Shown in pieces: positions 19,827-29,594 of a stretch of DNA of 64,000 nt. Source of the stretch: Clostridia bacterium (GTDB lineage Bacteria; Bacillota; Clostridia; UBA1212; DUPL01); the NCBI GenBank assembly GCA_050951325.1, contig JBMNIW010000012.1, positions 608,001-672,000 of the forward strand. The letters are read 5' to 3'. The position numbers and the translations under genes were made by a program. Position 1 is the stretch's first letter, and every line of letters begins with the position of its first letter. Under the pieces are notes generated by a model. That model was not told the DNA's origin. It did no database searches and saw only the letters and a list, made by a program, of their open reading frames with translations.

Positions 19827-20748
19827 GTGACACAACCTCCAGGAATATTGATTCAAGTCTTCTTGTCTGCACGTTGTAATTCATAAGCGCCAATGAGTGC
19901 TCATTGATTAATGCTGGTATTTCACGGCCTGCCAACATGTCGTCCAATGCAACAATCTGAATAATTCCGTTCTGATTTCTCCCTACAGACTTTATATACT
20001 CTTTGTTTTCAAGGGTGGAGACGAGTGTATTAATAGATTCATCTTCTCCCTTGACTGACATATTTATAATATGCTCTGCTTGTTTCGCAGTCAGTTCGTT
20101 TATTTCTGTGTTTACTTTCAGCACTCCTTTATCCATTATTAAAACAGTATCACAAACCCTTTCAACGTCTGCTATGATATGTGTTGAGAATAAAACAGTA
20201 ACTTTACCCTTCAATGATAGAATCAAATCAAAAATCGCTTTTCTTCCTATAGGGTCCAATGCGGATGCGGGTTCGTCAAGCAGCACAACGGATGGATCTC
20301 CAATAAGAGCCTGGGCAATACCAAGCCGTTGCTTCATACCTCTTGAATAACCCTTTATCTTTGTCTTAACACCACTCAGCCCAAAACGTTCAAGTAATTC
20401 AGCAGTTCTTTTCCTTATGTCTTCTTTGTCCATTTGTAACAGTTTGCCGCAAAAATGTAGATACTGTTCTGCTGTCATCCAATCATAAAACCCTGGCACG
20501 TCAGGCAAATATCCTACATGCAGCTTTCTTTCAAGTCCGCTTTTAACCTTCACTCCATTTACAAAAAGCTCACCTGACGTAGGCTTGATAAGTCCCATTA
20601 GCATTTTTATTGTTGTAGTTTTGCCAGCACCGTTTGGTCCTACAAAACCGCAAATCGTTCCTTTTGGCAACTTTACTGACAAGTTGTCAACAGCAGTCAC
20701 ATCGCCAAATTTTTTTGTCACGTTGTTTATCTCAATTGCATATTCCAT
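19819..20748 (-). CDS. ABC transporter ATP-binding protein
   Basis: GPNGAGKTT, YSRGMKQR, LLDEP, H-loop. Confidence 0.93.
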   Translation of the reverse strand: MEYAIEINNVTKKFGDVTAVDNLSVKLPKGTICGFVGPNGAGKTTTIKMLMGLIKPTSGELFVNGVKVKSGLERKLHVGYLPDVPGFYDWMTAEQYLHFCGKLLQMDKEDIRKRTAELLERFGLSGVKTKIKGYSRGMKQRLGIAQALIGDPSVVLLDEPASALDPIGRKAIFDLILSLKGKVTVLFSTHIIADVERVCDTVLIMDKGVLKVNTEINELTAKQAEHIINMSVKGEDESINTLVSTLENKEYIKSVGRNQNGIIQIVALDDMLAGREIPALINEHSLALMNYNVQTRRLESIFLEVVSHE

Positions 20749-20752
20749 AAAC

Positions 20753-22021
20753 TCACTCCTTTGTTCTTAAAACTTTGATAAGTTCTTTTATCTTTGGTGG
20801 CTTGCCGTACATTAAGACACCAACCCTGTAAATTTTAGCAGCAATATAACCTGTAAGAAGAATTGTTGCAATTAGGATGGCAATTGAAAGAGCTATTTCC
20901 CACATCGGTACCGATGTCATAATAATTCTAAGAAACATACACATAGGTGAGAAGAAAGGTATGAAAGAGAATACTCTGACAACGATGCCTTTTGGATTAA
21001 CAAGGTTTACCATACTCACAAGAAAACCTGCCATATACAGGAATGTTACAGGCAAAATACTTGTGTTAACATCTTCAATCCTGCTTACAAGCGAGCCTAC
21101 AGCGCCATAGATAAAGGCATACAGGAAGAAGCCGAGCAGGAAAAACAGTATTGTGTAAAACAGTACATCAGCGGGCATGTCAAACAATGATGTTACCAAT
21201 GGGTACTTGCTCCATGTACTCTCATTTATTTTATAGAATCCAAAGGAAACACCCATTATGGCAACCAGTTGCGTAAGACCTGCAGTACCTGAGCCAAGAA
21301 TCTTGCCAAACATGAAGTTGAGAGGTTTGGCTGATGATATTAGCAGCTCCATTGCCCTTGAGCTCTTCTCGGTGGCAACAGAAGTAGCTACAAGCTGTCC
21401 GTAAAGATTCACCGCAATATACAGGAACATAAGCAGGATGTATGCATAAAGGAAGGTTTGTTCAGCACTTTTGCCAAGTTCAATCAAATTGGATTTCACG
21501 GTACTTGCCAAAATTCTTTGGATTTCTTCCAATGATACCCCTTGATTTTGCAGTTCGGTAATCTTGTAGTTGTACTCAAGAACGCTTGCTATCTGCTGCG
21601 TCAAGGTGTTGGTAATCACATAATCCTTTACATAAAGGTCAAACTCAAGTGGTTTTGACATAACCAAAGCTGCGTAATATTCCTCTTTGTTAACCTTGTC
21701 TTTAAGTTCATCCAGATTGCTGTCTTCGGCAATAAAGTCATAATTAGGCAGGCTCAAGTTCAGAACTTCTTCTATCTGCACCCCTGAATTATTAATAACA
21801 GCAACCTTCAATTTATCAGTACCAACAGGATCCGTACCAGGCTCATCGCCGGGTATGTCTTCGCTTTTGAACATACCAATAACTGTCGGAGTTGTTAAAA
21901 CAACCGCTATAACCACCATGATTATGATTGTGGTGATTAAATACACTTTATTCTTAAGTATTCCCATATACTCATAGGAAAATATGGTCTTGAACTGTTC
22001 CCAATCCCGTTTTTTTATCAT
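20753..22021 (-). CDS. ABC-2 permease (NatB/YhaP-like)
   Basis: EKSSRAMELL, GKILG, SFIPFFSP, YRVGVLMYG. Confidence 0.88.
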   Translation of the reverse strand: MIKKRDWEQFKTIFSYEYMGILKNKVYLITTIIIMVVIAVVLTTPTVIGMFKSEDIPGDEPGTDPVGTDKLKVAVINNSGVQIEEVLNLSLPNYDFIAEDSNLDELKDKVNKEEYYAALVMSKPLEFDLYVKDYVITNTLTQQIASVLEYNYKITELQNQGVSLEEIQRILASTVKSNLIELGKSAEQTFLYAYILLMFLYIAVNLYGQLVATSVATEKSSRAMELLISSAKPLNFMFGKILGSGTAGLTQLVAIMGVSFGFYKINESTWSKYPLVTSLFDMPADVLFYTILFFLLGFFLYAFIYGAVGSLVSRIEDVNTSILPVTFLYMAGFLVSMVNLVNPKGIVVRVFSFIPFFSPMCMFLRIIMTSVPMWEIALSIAILIATILLTGYIAAKIYRVGVLMYGKPPKIKELIKVLRTKE

Positions 22022-22953
22022 ATGGCGTCACCTGCCTTATCCACAAATATCTCCTCCAAGGTGGGCTCAATAACATGAAAATCATCTATTTCGTAGTTTG
22101 CATCAACAAACATTCTAAGCATTGCATCCTTGGAGACATCGTCCTTTAGCTTCATAATAAATGAATAAGCTTCCTTCTCTGTATTTGCGCCAGCTTTTTG
22201 AGCCTCGAATGACATCACATGGTCGTCTACAAAGTTCTTAATACTCTCAATATTTTGAGGTTTGGTAAAGGATACAAAAACATTGTCGTTCGGATAACTC
22301 TTCTTAATATTGAAAATGCTGTCGTGCAATACAATCGTACCACGGTTCAAAAGAGCTATCCTGTCACAGAATTCCTCTACATAATTCATCTGATGGCTTG
22401 AGAAGATCACAATTTTGCCGTCATCAACAAGCTCTTTAACAATGTTTTTTAGCAATACGGCATTTACCGGATCAAGTCCACTAAAAGGCTCATCAAGAAT
22501 CACAATATCCGGATCATTAACAAGGCTAGCTGCCAGCTGTATTTTCTGCTGGTTTCCCTTTGAAAGGGTATTTAACTTTTTGCTAAACTGATCCTCCAAA
22601 CCAAGTCGTTCAAGCCACTTTACTGTATTAGCCTTTGCATCCTTCGTACTGAGACCTTTTAGTCTTGCCAGATAAATAAGCTGGCTTCCAATTGGCTTTT
22701 TGGGGTAAAGACCTCTTTCCTCCGGCAGATAGCCAATGCTGTAATTCTCTGGATAAAATGTCTTGTTGTCAAGAAGGATACTGCCTTCGTCAGCGTTGAA
22801 GAACCTCATTATAATTCTCATAATGGTGGTTTTCCCGGCTCCGTTCCTGCCTAGTAGCCCTAATGCAGACCCACTGCTTGCAGAAAAGCTCACATCTTTC
22901 AAGACTCCTTTGGTTCCAAAGCTCTTGTATACGTTCTTAACTTCTAATGTCAT
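22018..22953 (-). CDS. ABC ATP-binding protein (YhaQ-like)
   Basis: GRNGAGKTT, GYLPEERGLYP, LSKGNQQK, LDEPFSGLDPVN. Confidence 0.92.
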   Translation of the reverse strand: MTLEVKNVYKSFGTKGVLKDVSFSASSGSALGLLGRNGAGKTTIMRIIMRFFNADEGSILLDNKTFYPENYSIGYLPEERGLYPKKPIGSQLIYLARLKGLSTKDAKANTVKWLERLGLEDQFSKKLNTLSKGNQQKIQLAASLVNDPDIVILDEPFSGLDPVNAVLLKNIVKELVDDGKIVIFSSHQMNYVEEFCDRIALLNRGTIVLHDSIFNIKKSYPNDNVFVSFTKPQNIESIKNFVDDHVMSFEAQKAGANTEKEAYSFIMKLKDDVSKDAMLRMFVDANYEIDDFHVIEPTLEEIFVDKAGDAI

Positions 22954-23024
22954 GAGAGGCTCCTTTCTGTGTTTTAGAATATTTTACACAATAAGTGGAA
23001 AATTGTCCATAATATAATAGAAGC

Positions 23025-23056
23025 AAAAAGAAAGGCAGCCAATCAGGCTACCTTTC
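23025..23056 (-). terminator. Intrinsic terminator
   Basis: gaaaggcagcc-aatca-ggctacctttc with an A-run. Confidence 0.65.
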
Positions 23057-23090
23057 GGTTGAGTTTATTACATTTTTTTCAGGTAGGTAT

Positions 23091-23996
23091 TTATTGGTCC
23101 TTTTTTCTTGTTACAAAGTAAACAACAACAGCTGCAACGATGATAACACCTATAACGATTGCGGCAATTACTGGTGCGCCAACGCCACCCTTGTCAGTGT
23201 CGTCATCCTTGTCTTCGTCCTTGTCGGTTGGAGCAGGAGTTTCTTCTGGCTCTGGGGTAGTTTCCTCCTCAAGGGTGATAGTGCCGAGCTTCAAGCTGCC
23301 GATATGGAATGGATTTTCTACATCAGATACAAAATTATCTGGAGCTCCGATTTGTGCCCATCCCTTGTTGTCACGGATAAGGAATGCGGAGAGACCCCAG
23401 GTTTGTCCAGCTTCAAGTTTCTTATCGGAAGCATCAATGTCTCCATCTTTTACTTGCAGATATTTTACGGGTATCATGAACTCGAGAACAGTAGAGCCGT
23501 CATCTTCGACTTCGATCGCATAATCAATATCTTCAAGATCTGCTTGCGAACCGCTGGCTTCTGAGTTGCCCACTGTGCCATGGTTGTGGATTGTAAATCT
23601 TATTTTATCCGTTGCATCGAAGAAGAATGAGAAGAACAAACCTTGTTGGTCGTCTCCCAGTACATCCCAAGGGTTCATGTCGAACTGTGGGAATAACTTG
23701 TTGTCACCCCAGTCGCCTTCTTCAACCTTAAGCTCGTAAGCAATATACAGACCTTCTTCAGTCCAGTTTATGTAGAAGCTGAATGGAAGTGGGTCTACAT
23801 CGTATGATGAACTAAATGCGACGGTGTTGTCCTTGTTGAATTCATACTTTGTTCCGTATTCACCTTCAGAAATCTTGCCATCAATAGTAGCAGCACCTGC
23901 TTTTGCCTTGTATGCTGGAGCTTCAGCATGCACAGACATTACAGCCATCGAAAGAATCAATGACAAAACCATTAAAACTGTCAATAATTTTCTCAT
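23091..23996 (-). CDS. Membrane-anchored CBM9/DOMON-like sugar-binding protein
   Basis: Signal peptide (VHA), TIDGKISEGEY, NWTEEGLYIAY, LEFMIP; PT/acidic linker; C-terminal TM + RKK. Confidence 0.7.
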   Translation of the reverse strand: MRKLLTVLMVLSLILSMAVMSVHAEAPAYKAKAGAATIDGKISEGEYGTKYEFNKDNTVAFSSSYDVDPLPFSFYINWTEEGLYIAYELKVEEGDWGDNKLFPQFDMNPWDVLGDDQQGLFFSFFFDATDKIRFTIHNHGTVGNSEASGSQADLEDIDYAIEVEDDGSTVLEFMIPVKYLQVKDGDIDASDKKLEAGQTWGLSAFLIRDNKGWAQIGAPDNFVSDVENPFHIGSLKLGTITLEEETTPEPEETPAPTDKDEDKDDDTDKGGVGAPVIAAIVIGVIIVAAVVVYFVTRKKDQ

Positions 23997-24221
23997 TTAA
24001 TTTACCTCCTGTAACTAATATTCGGTCTAATATTAACACAGCGACATATACATGTCAAATAAAATATAATTTATTGAACTTAAAAAAACATTATGATATG
24101 ATATAGAAAAAATAAACAATTGATAAAATTCAAGCAATGGAGTTACTAGCCATTATATACTAAAAACAGCTTGAATCAAGCAGGGTTTAGAGCAATATTT
24201 GCGGAAGAGGTTGTCTGCCAA

Positions 24222-26153
24222 ATGTACATAAGACGAAGCAATTTGAATGTGGCTGTCCAATATTTATTCGTTATAACTTTTATACTGGCTTTTGTGTTTG
24301 TTCCAAACAAGGAAGAGAACATAAAGGCTACTAACTTGGTGCTTGTTTTGGATCCAGGTCATGGTGGTAGCGACCCGGGAGCAGTATACTACTACGACGG
24401 TATCCCCATTAAAGAAGCCGAATTGGATATGAAAATTGCACTGGCAGTAAGACAGGAGCTTTTGAAATATGAAGGAGTTTCCGTATTCTTGACGAGAGAA
24501 GACAACTCCAAATACCTTACATTGGACGAACGCGTCAATATCGCATCATCATTGAATGCCGATGCCATAATAAGCATACATAACAACGCATCAACAAACC
24601 AGCAAGCTCATGGTGCAGAGGTAATGGTCCCCTCGGGTAACGACGGATCTGGCCTTCACTTAATATCAAAAGCCCTGGGTGATTCAATACTTGATGAATT
24701 GACAAATCTGGGAATACATAGAAGAGGGCTGATGCAAAGAATATCCTCTACATATAAATATAAAAATGGAAAACCTGCTGATTACTATGGGATAATAAGG
24801 CACAGCATGAATAACTCCCTTCCAGGAATCATTGTCGAATGTGCATTTCTTAGCAATGAAAACGACTATAGAACGTTTCTTAATACCGATGAGAAACTTG
24901 AAAAGATTGGACAAGCAGTGGGCAGGGGTATCGCCAATTATTACGGTCTCATAGAAGGAGACAACCAAATGAACTCATTGGGCGATCTAAATCAGGACAC
25001 CTTCATTTCCGCTTATGATGCATATTTGCTAAACAAGCAAATAGGTCTTGGCCAGGTAGGAGATGCTGCCATATCAGACGTGAACTCTGACGGAGTAGTG
25101 AATATTCTTGATGTAAAGGAGATTCTTGAGTTCTCTGCTGGCCTTAGAAATGATTTCTCAGGTGGTGTTACCCGGGCCATATTAAAGCCTGGACAAGTGG
25201 CAGCAGGAATAATCATGACCCAGGAGGATGATCCTTACCTGAATGTAAGGACTGGTCCTGGTGTTTCCTATCCTGCAATCGGAGCATACAACAAAGGCAC
25301 ATATATCTACATTACCAGCGGACTGGGTGACAAGTGGTGCTATGCAAGAGGCACATGCGTGTTCTCTGGCAAAATCATTGAAGGCTACAGCAGCATGGCA
25401 TACATTGATGTTATTGAAAAGGAAGTAGAAGACACTGATTTTGAAGTGCAAATAAGTGGACCGAGCATTTCATTAAGCAATGATGAAGTTACCTCCGGTT
25501 GCATTGCAATACAGTTTAACTCGGACCATATTGAGATTGAGAGTATCGAAACAGATATGGAATATGTTACAACATTCGGCGAAAGTGGTGTTTTGAAGAT
25601 ATATTTCATTAATTCAAGCAACTTAAGCGATACAATTAACATATGCTTTGCAAGCATGGATTCAAGTGTGGATAAGGCGGATGTGACTTTAAGTTTTGCT
25701 GAATTGACTGATATTGAAGGGAAAGAGCTGACGACAGAGCCAGAGACAATAACGCTGACTTTTGCAGAACCCATGCCCTTTGATCTAGAGATAAAAGATA
25801 GCTATGTGTATGGCTTTGAATGTGGTTTTACTGTCGGTGAAATACTTGAAAAATGCAAAGTTGTAGAAGAAGTATTTCTGGAAAACGGTGAGAATGCACA
25901 AGAGGATACGTTGCTTGCTACCGGGATGAAAGTTTCTATGGACGCCTCTGTTTATATTGTAGTAATTTTTGGAGATGTAAATGGTGATGGAATAGTAGAC
26001 ATATGCGACATTGAAAGCATTCAAAAACACCTGCTTGAAGCAAGTGTTCTTGATGGAGCGTATTACAATGCAGCTGATATAAATTGCGACAGTGCTATCA
26101 ATGCCTTGGACATAGGTGCATGTCAAAAGTTCATCTACGAATCCTCACCGTAA
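24222..26153 (+). CDS. N-acetylmuramoyl-L-alanine amidase (Amidase_3) with dockerin, SH3, cohesin-like and second dockerin domains
   Basis: LDPGHGG, E, SIHNN, IVECAF zinc/catalytic residues; GDLNQD..DVNSDG and GDVNGDG..DINCDS dockerin repeats; LNVRTGPG SH3. Start uncertain (24171 or 24222). Confidence 0.85.
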   Translation: MYIRRSNLNVAVQYLFVITFILAFVFVPNKEENIKATNLVLVLDPGHGGSDPGAVYYYDGIPIKEAELDMKIALAVRQELLKYEGVSVFLTREDNSKYLTLDERVNIASSLNADAIISIHNNASTNQQAHGAEVMVPSGNDGSGLHLISKALGDSILDELTNLGIHRRGLMQRISSTYKYKNGKPADYYGIIRHSMNNSLPGIIVECAFLSNENDYRTFLNTDEKLEKIGQAVGRGIANYYGLIEGDNQMNSLGDLNQDTFISAYDAYLLNKQIGLGQVGDAAISDVNSDGVVNILDVKEILEFSAGLRNDFSGGVTRAILKPGQVAAGIIMTQEDDPYLNVRTGPGVSYPAIGAYNKGTYIYITSGLGDKWCYARGTCVFSGKIIEGYSSMAYIDVIEKEVEDTDFEVQISGPSISLSNDEVTSGCIAIQFNSDHIEIESIETDMEYVTTFGESGVLKIYFINSSNLSDTINICFASMDSSVDKADVTLSFAELTDIEGKELTTEPETITLTFAEPMPFDLEIKDSYVYGFECGFTVGEILEKCKVVEEVFLENGENAQEDTLLATGMKVSMDASVYIVVIFGDVNGDGIVDICDIESIQKHLLEASVLDGAYYNAADINCDSAINALDIGACQKFIYESSP

Positions 26154-27394
26154 ACTGCAAGATACATTTCTCTTGCGGTTTCTGCAGAGTCGATGCCTGT
26201 TTTGTTTTTCACTGGTGCAAACTCTTCCTCTCTTTCGATTCTGAAAATGCCCATATCATCCAGCATGCTGAAAGAATCGAATAAGAATGTTTCGAACTTG
26301 TAACTGTCAGGTTTTTTCGACTCAACATATTCTCCATTAATGTAGGCAGTAACGGATTTTATTTGTGTGTGGTAGGGAAGACCTACACTTGCTATGTCTT
26401 CTGCAACGTCAATGTCAAAAATGTAATTTAACACATTCGTGTCACCATACACATAATCACCATTCTCATCCTTGAGTTCGGCATATTCCTTAGGTATCTC
26501 GGTATACTCAATAACGTATGGTCTGCCGTCTTTGTAACAAAATACCCCTGCCTTTTCGCCTGCATCTCTTTTCAAGAATGATTTTGCCGATGCCTTGTAT
26601 TTGCTTTTAATTGTGAATCCGAGAAAATATGGATCCGCCATTTTAACAAGCACATTGTCAATGCCGCATATAAAGATCCATTTGATACCTCTCTTGTGCA
26701 TGTCGCTGAATATGCTATTTTCCTTTAAAGAGCTGAACAGGCCACCGTTTCCGTTCGGGCTTTTTAGAATCTTTGCAGGAGTCTCCAGCAGAACCCTTCC
26801 TTGTCTGTCCATTACCGGAATCATGCTCTGTTTAAAAAACATTATGTCTTCCTTTGGGTATCCAAAGTAGTTGTTCTTTTCAAAAAATGCAACGGAGTCA
26901 TCGTGGTTCGTTTCGCTTGTCATTATATACCAAGGAATTGAAATATTGGCCTTTTCCGATATTTTTTTAAGACCATCGCATTGTATTTCAAACAGCGATT
27001 TGTGGGATGGCAAACCTATGTCGTATGTTCCTTTGGGACCTTCGTGTCCAAGTCTTGAACCCTGACCTCCTGCCATTGTTACAGCACAAAGATTGCCTCT
27101 TGATATTTCCGCAAGCCCAATCTCATATATCTCCTCAAGTTCTTTCTGGTTCATAGTGCTTTTGGGAACACCAACAGCTGGTTTCAAGTCCAAGGATTCT
27201 GCACATATTTCCTTGTCTGCATTTTTGTAAAGTTCAAGCAAAAAATGAAAGTCAATATTTAATATGTCATCCAGTAAACGTTCCTTTTCATTAACGTCAA
27301 GAAAATCAATATATTCAAGAAGATGCTCCTGTTTGTATTCAGCCACTTTCTTCCTAGCAAATTCAAGTTTTCTTTCATAATTAATTCCGCTCAT
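26135..27394 (-). CDS. UDP-N-acetylhexosamine pyrophosphorylase, eukaryotic-type (UDPGP/UAP1 family)
   Basis: AGGQGSRLG..GPKG, PNGNGG, IDN, IEYTE, KFETFLFD, EFAPVKN. Confidence 0.9.
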   Translation of the reverse strand: MSGINYERKLEFARKKVAEYKQEHLLEYIDFLDVNEKERLLDDILNIDFHFLLELYKNADKEICAESLDLKPAVGVPKSTMNQKELEEIYEIGLAEISRGNLCAVTMAGGQGSRLGHEGPKGTYDIGLPSHKSLFEIQCDGLKKISEKANISIPWYIMTSETNHDDSVAFFEKNNYFGYPKEDIMFFKQSMIPVMDRQGRVLLETPAKILKSPNGNGGLFSSLKENSIFSDMHKRGIKWIFICGIDNVLVKMADPYFLGFTIKSKYKASAKSFLKRDAGEKAGVFCYKDGRPYVIEYTEIPKEYAELKDENGDYVYGDTNVLNYIFDIDVAEDIASVGLPYHTQIKSVTAYINGEYVESKKPDSYKFETFLFDSFSMLDDMGIFRIEREEEFAPVKNKTGIDSAETAREMYLAVYGEDS

Positions 27395-27533
27395 TTTTCA
27401 ACCCCTGAATTTTTCTAAAAATTATATCACACATTAAGCCAATTAACAATGTATTCCTGATGTTTCTATTGCCCCTTGGGTACAATAGTGTTATAATTAA
27501 AAAGCTGTTTAAACTAATATTGAGGTGAAACTG

Positions 27534-29070
27534 ATGACATTCAAGGCAGCCGTTGCATCATGTCCGGGCAAGACATACAGTCACAACAATGACAACTTTT
27601 ATTTTAACTCCAAGATAATAACTGAAGAACTGTCCACTAGTCAGATACTATTATCACACAAGAAGGGACAAAAAGGCTTGCAGATTTATGCTGTAAGCGA
27701 TGGCAGTGGTATAAACACATATAAGGATAGCCCTTCTATGCTTGTAATGAGCATGTTGCTTAAATATCACAAAAAGATACTGAGTGATGAAAGTTACGAC
27801 CTAAGGGTCTGCCTGCATGATTACATTAAGACAGCCAACCGTGCTGTGCTGGACAAGTCAAGAGAAACAGGCAAGAAGCTGAAAGCAACCCTTGCAATGA
27901 TTTTTGTTGAAGAAAACGCAGGAATTTGCTGCAATATTGGTCACAGCAGAATATATAAATTCAATCATGGCAATTTGGAGAAGATGTCTGTTGACCATAC
28001 ACAGGCAATGCGGATGGTCAACCTTGGTCTTTTAACTGAAGAGAAAGCTAAAGTCCATCCAAAACGAGGAAAGCTTCTACAGAACTTGGGTCCGATGCCT
28101 GAAGGTATAGAACTTGAGCCAAATATCGAACTTTTTCCGATTGAGGAAAACGATGTATTCATACTTGGTACTTTTGGTTTCTATGACAATGTCAGCGATG
28201 AGAAAATTATAGAGATCCTTTCCCTTGGCAAAAGCCCTGCGGAAACAGTCGAGCTTTTGATGACAGAGGCAGTACATAAGGGACTGGAAGATGATGCTAC
28301 GGTGCTGGTGGTAAAGGCATATGGAGATGATGCTGTTGCACCTGTCAGGAAGGAAAAGGTAGCTGCACCTCCACCAAGACCGAAATCCACGAACAAGGCA
28401 GCAATATACACTCCGGCTGCTGAGGAAGAACCAAGAAGAGAAACTGGAATAGATGATGAAAGAACTAGCGATGAACCGGTAACGCTTGCAGGTGCGTTTA
28501 GGGATCTGTGGAGAAGCCTTGGCAGGTCGAAGGATGCCAACACCATTCACTGGCCGGCATTTACAGTGTTTGTTCTTTGTATTGTGCTGGTCGGTATTAT
28601 GAGCATGTTTGGAGTAAAGCTGTTTAACAGATACGCAAATGAGCATAATCTGTTTCCAACAGCAACGTACTCGACAATAGCGCCGGGTGTGGTTACGCCA
28701 ACGCCTGGTCCCTCGGATACGGAACCAGTAGAAACGCCAACTCCTGTACCGAGTGAGACCCCGACAGAAGGTCCAACAGAGGAGCCTACAGAAGAGCCTA
28801 CAGCGGAACCAACAACAGAACCAACCCAGGGACCAACACCGGAGCCGACAACGGAACCAACAACGGAACCTTCGCCGGAGCCGACAACGGAACCAACAGG
28901 GACCAACACCGGAGCCGACAACGGAACCAATAACAGACCCACACCGGAGCCGACAACGGAGCTCAACACCGGAACCGACAACAGAGCCCACACCGGAGCC
29001 TACACCGGAACCAACAACAGAACCCACACCGGAACCAACTCCGGAGCCTGTAGAAACAGAAGAGCAATAA
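27534..29070 (+). CDS. PP2C-like (degenerate) membrane protein with Pro/Thr-rich extracellular stalk; frameshifted in the repeat
   Basis: RBS gaggtg; YAVSDG, NIGHSRIY, SVDHT, EDDAT; one TM; PTxE repeats continue in the +1 frame to VETEEQ* at 29070 (the unshifted ORF ends at 29108). Confidence 0.75.
28735..29050 (+). repeat. Degenerate 12-nt tandem repeat encoding PT(T/P/E)E
   Basis: Units such as ccgacaacggaa / ccaacaccggag; exact 34-nt duplication at 28827-28860 and 28897-28930. Confidence 0.9.
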
Positions 29071-29108
29071 TTAATTTATACATAGCCAATCAGGGGGATA
29101 ATAAATAG

Positions 29109-29594
29109 ATGAAATGTGCACATGAAACGATAGATTTTGCCAAACTTGATGAAGTGTTGGACAGATATGGCAATGTGGCAGGAAGCCTCATAACCATACT
29201 CCAGCAAACTCAGGAGCTATATGGGTATTTGCCAGTAGAGGCAATGTACAGAATTTCGGAAAGAACAGGTATCAAACCTGCAAAAATACTTGGAGTTGCC
29301 ACATTCTACACACAATTCAGATTCAAACCAGTTGGTAAATACCTTGTAATGATTTGCCAGGGTACAGCCTGCCATGTTAATGGATCATCGGAAATCTATG
29401 ATGCTCTTGTGGAAGAACTCAATATTGCAGATGGTGAAACCACAGAAGACGGTCTTTTCACCATCAAGAACGTTGCATGCCTGGGCTGTTGCAGTCTATC
29501 TCCTGTAATGATGATAAATGAGGAAACTTACGGTTCTCTGACACCGGCAAAGGCAAAGAAAATTATTCGTATGTTAAAGGAGCAGAATATATGA
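29109..29594 (+). CDS. NuoE/HydC-like [2Fe-2S] subunit (StnA-like)
   Basis: GVATFY, CQGTACHV, CLGCCSLSP. Confidence 0.93.
   Translation: MKCAHETIDFAKLDEVLDRYGNVAGSLITILQQTQELYGYLPVEAMYRISERTGIKPAKILGVATFYTQFRFKPVGKYLVMICQGTACHVNGSSEIYDALVEELNIADGETTEDGLFTIKNVACLGCCSLSPVMMINEETYGSLTPAKAKKIIRMLKEQNI

Noticed and set aside
27428-27450. Rex operator upstream of the redox operon
   Set aside because: Only one half-site (TTAACAA) with the wrong spacing.
28077-29027. Long minus-strand ORFs (316 and 148 aa)
   Set aside because: Antisense shadows of the stop-poor PT repeat and the PP2C-like gene.
28735-29050. Possible CRISPR-like array
   Set aside because: 12-nt coding tandem units with no unique spacers and no cas genes.
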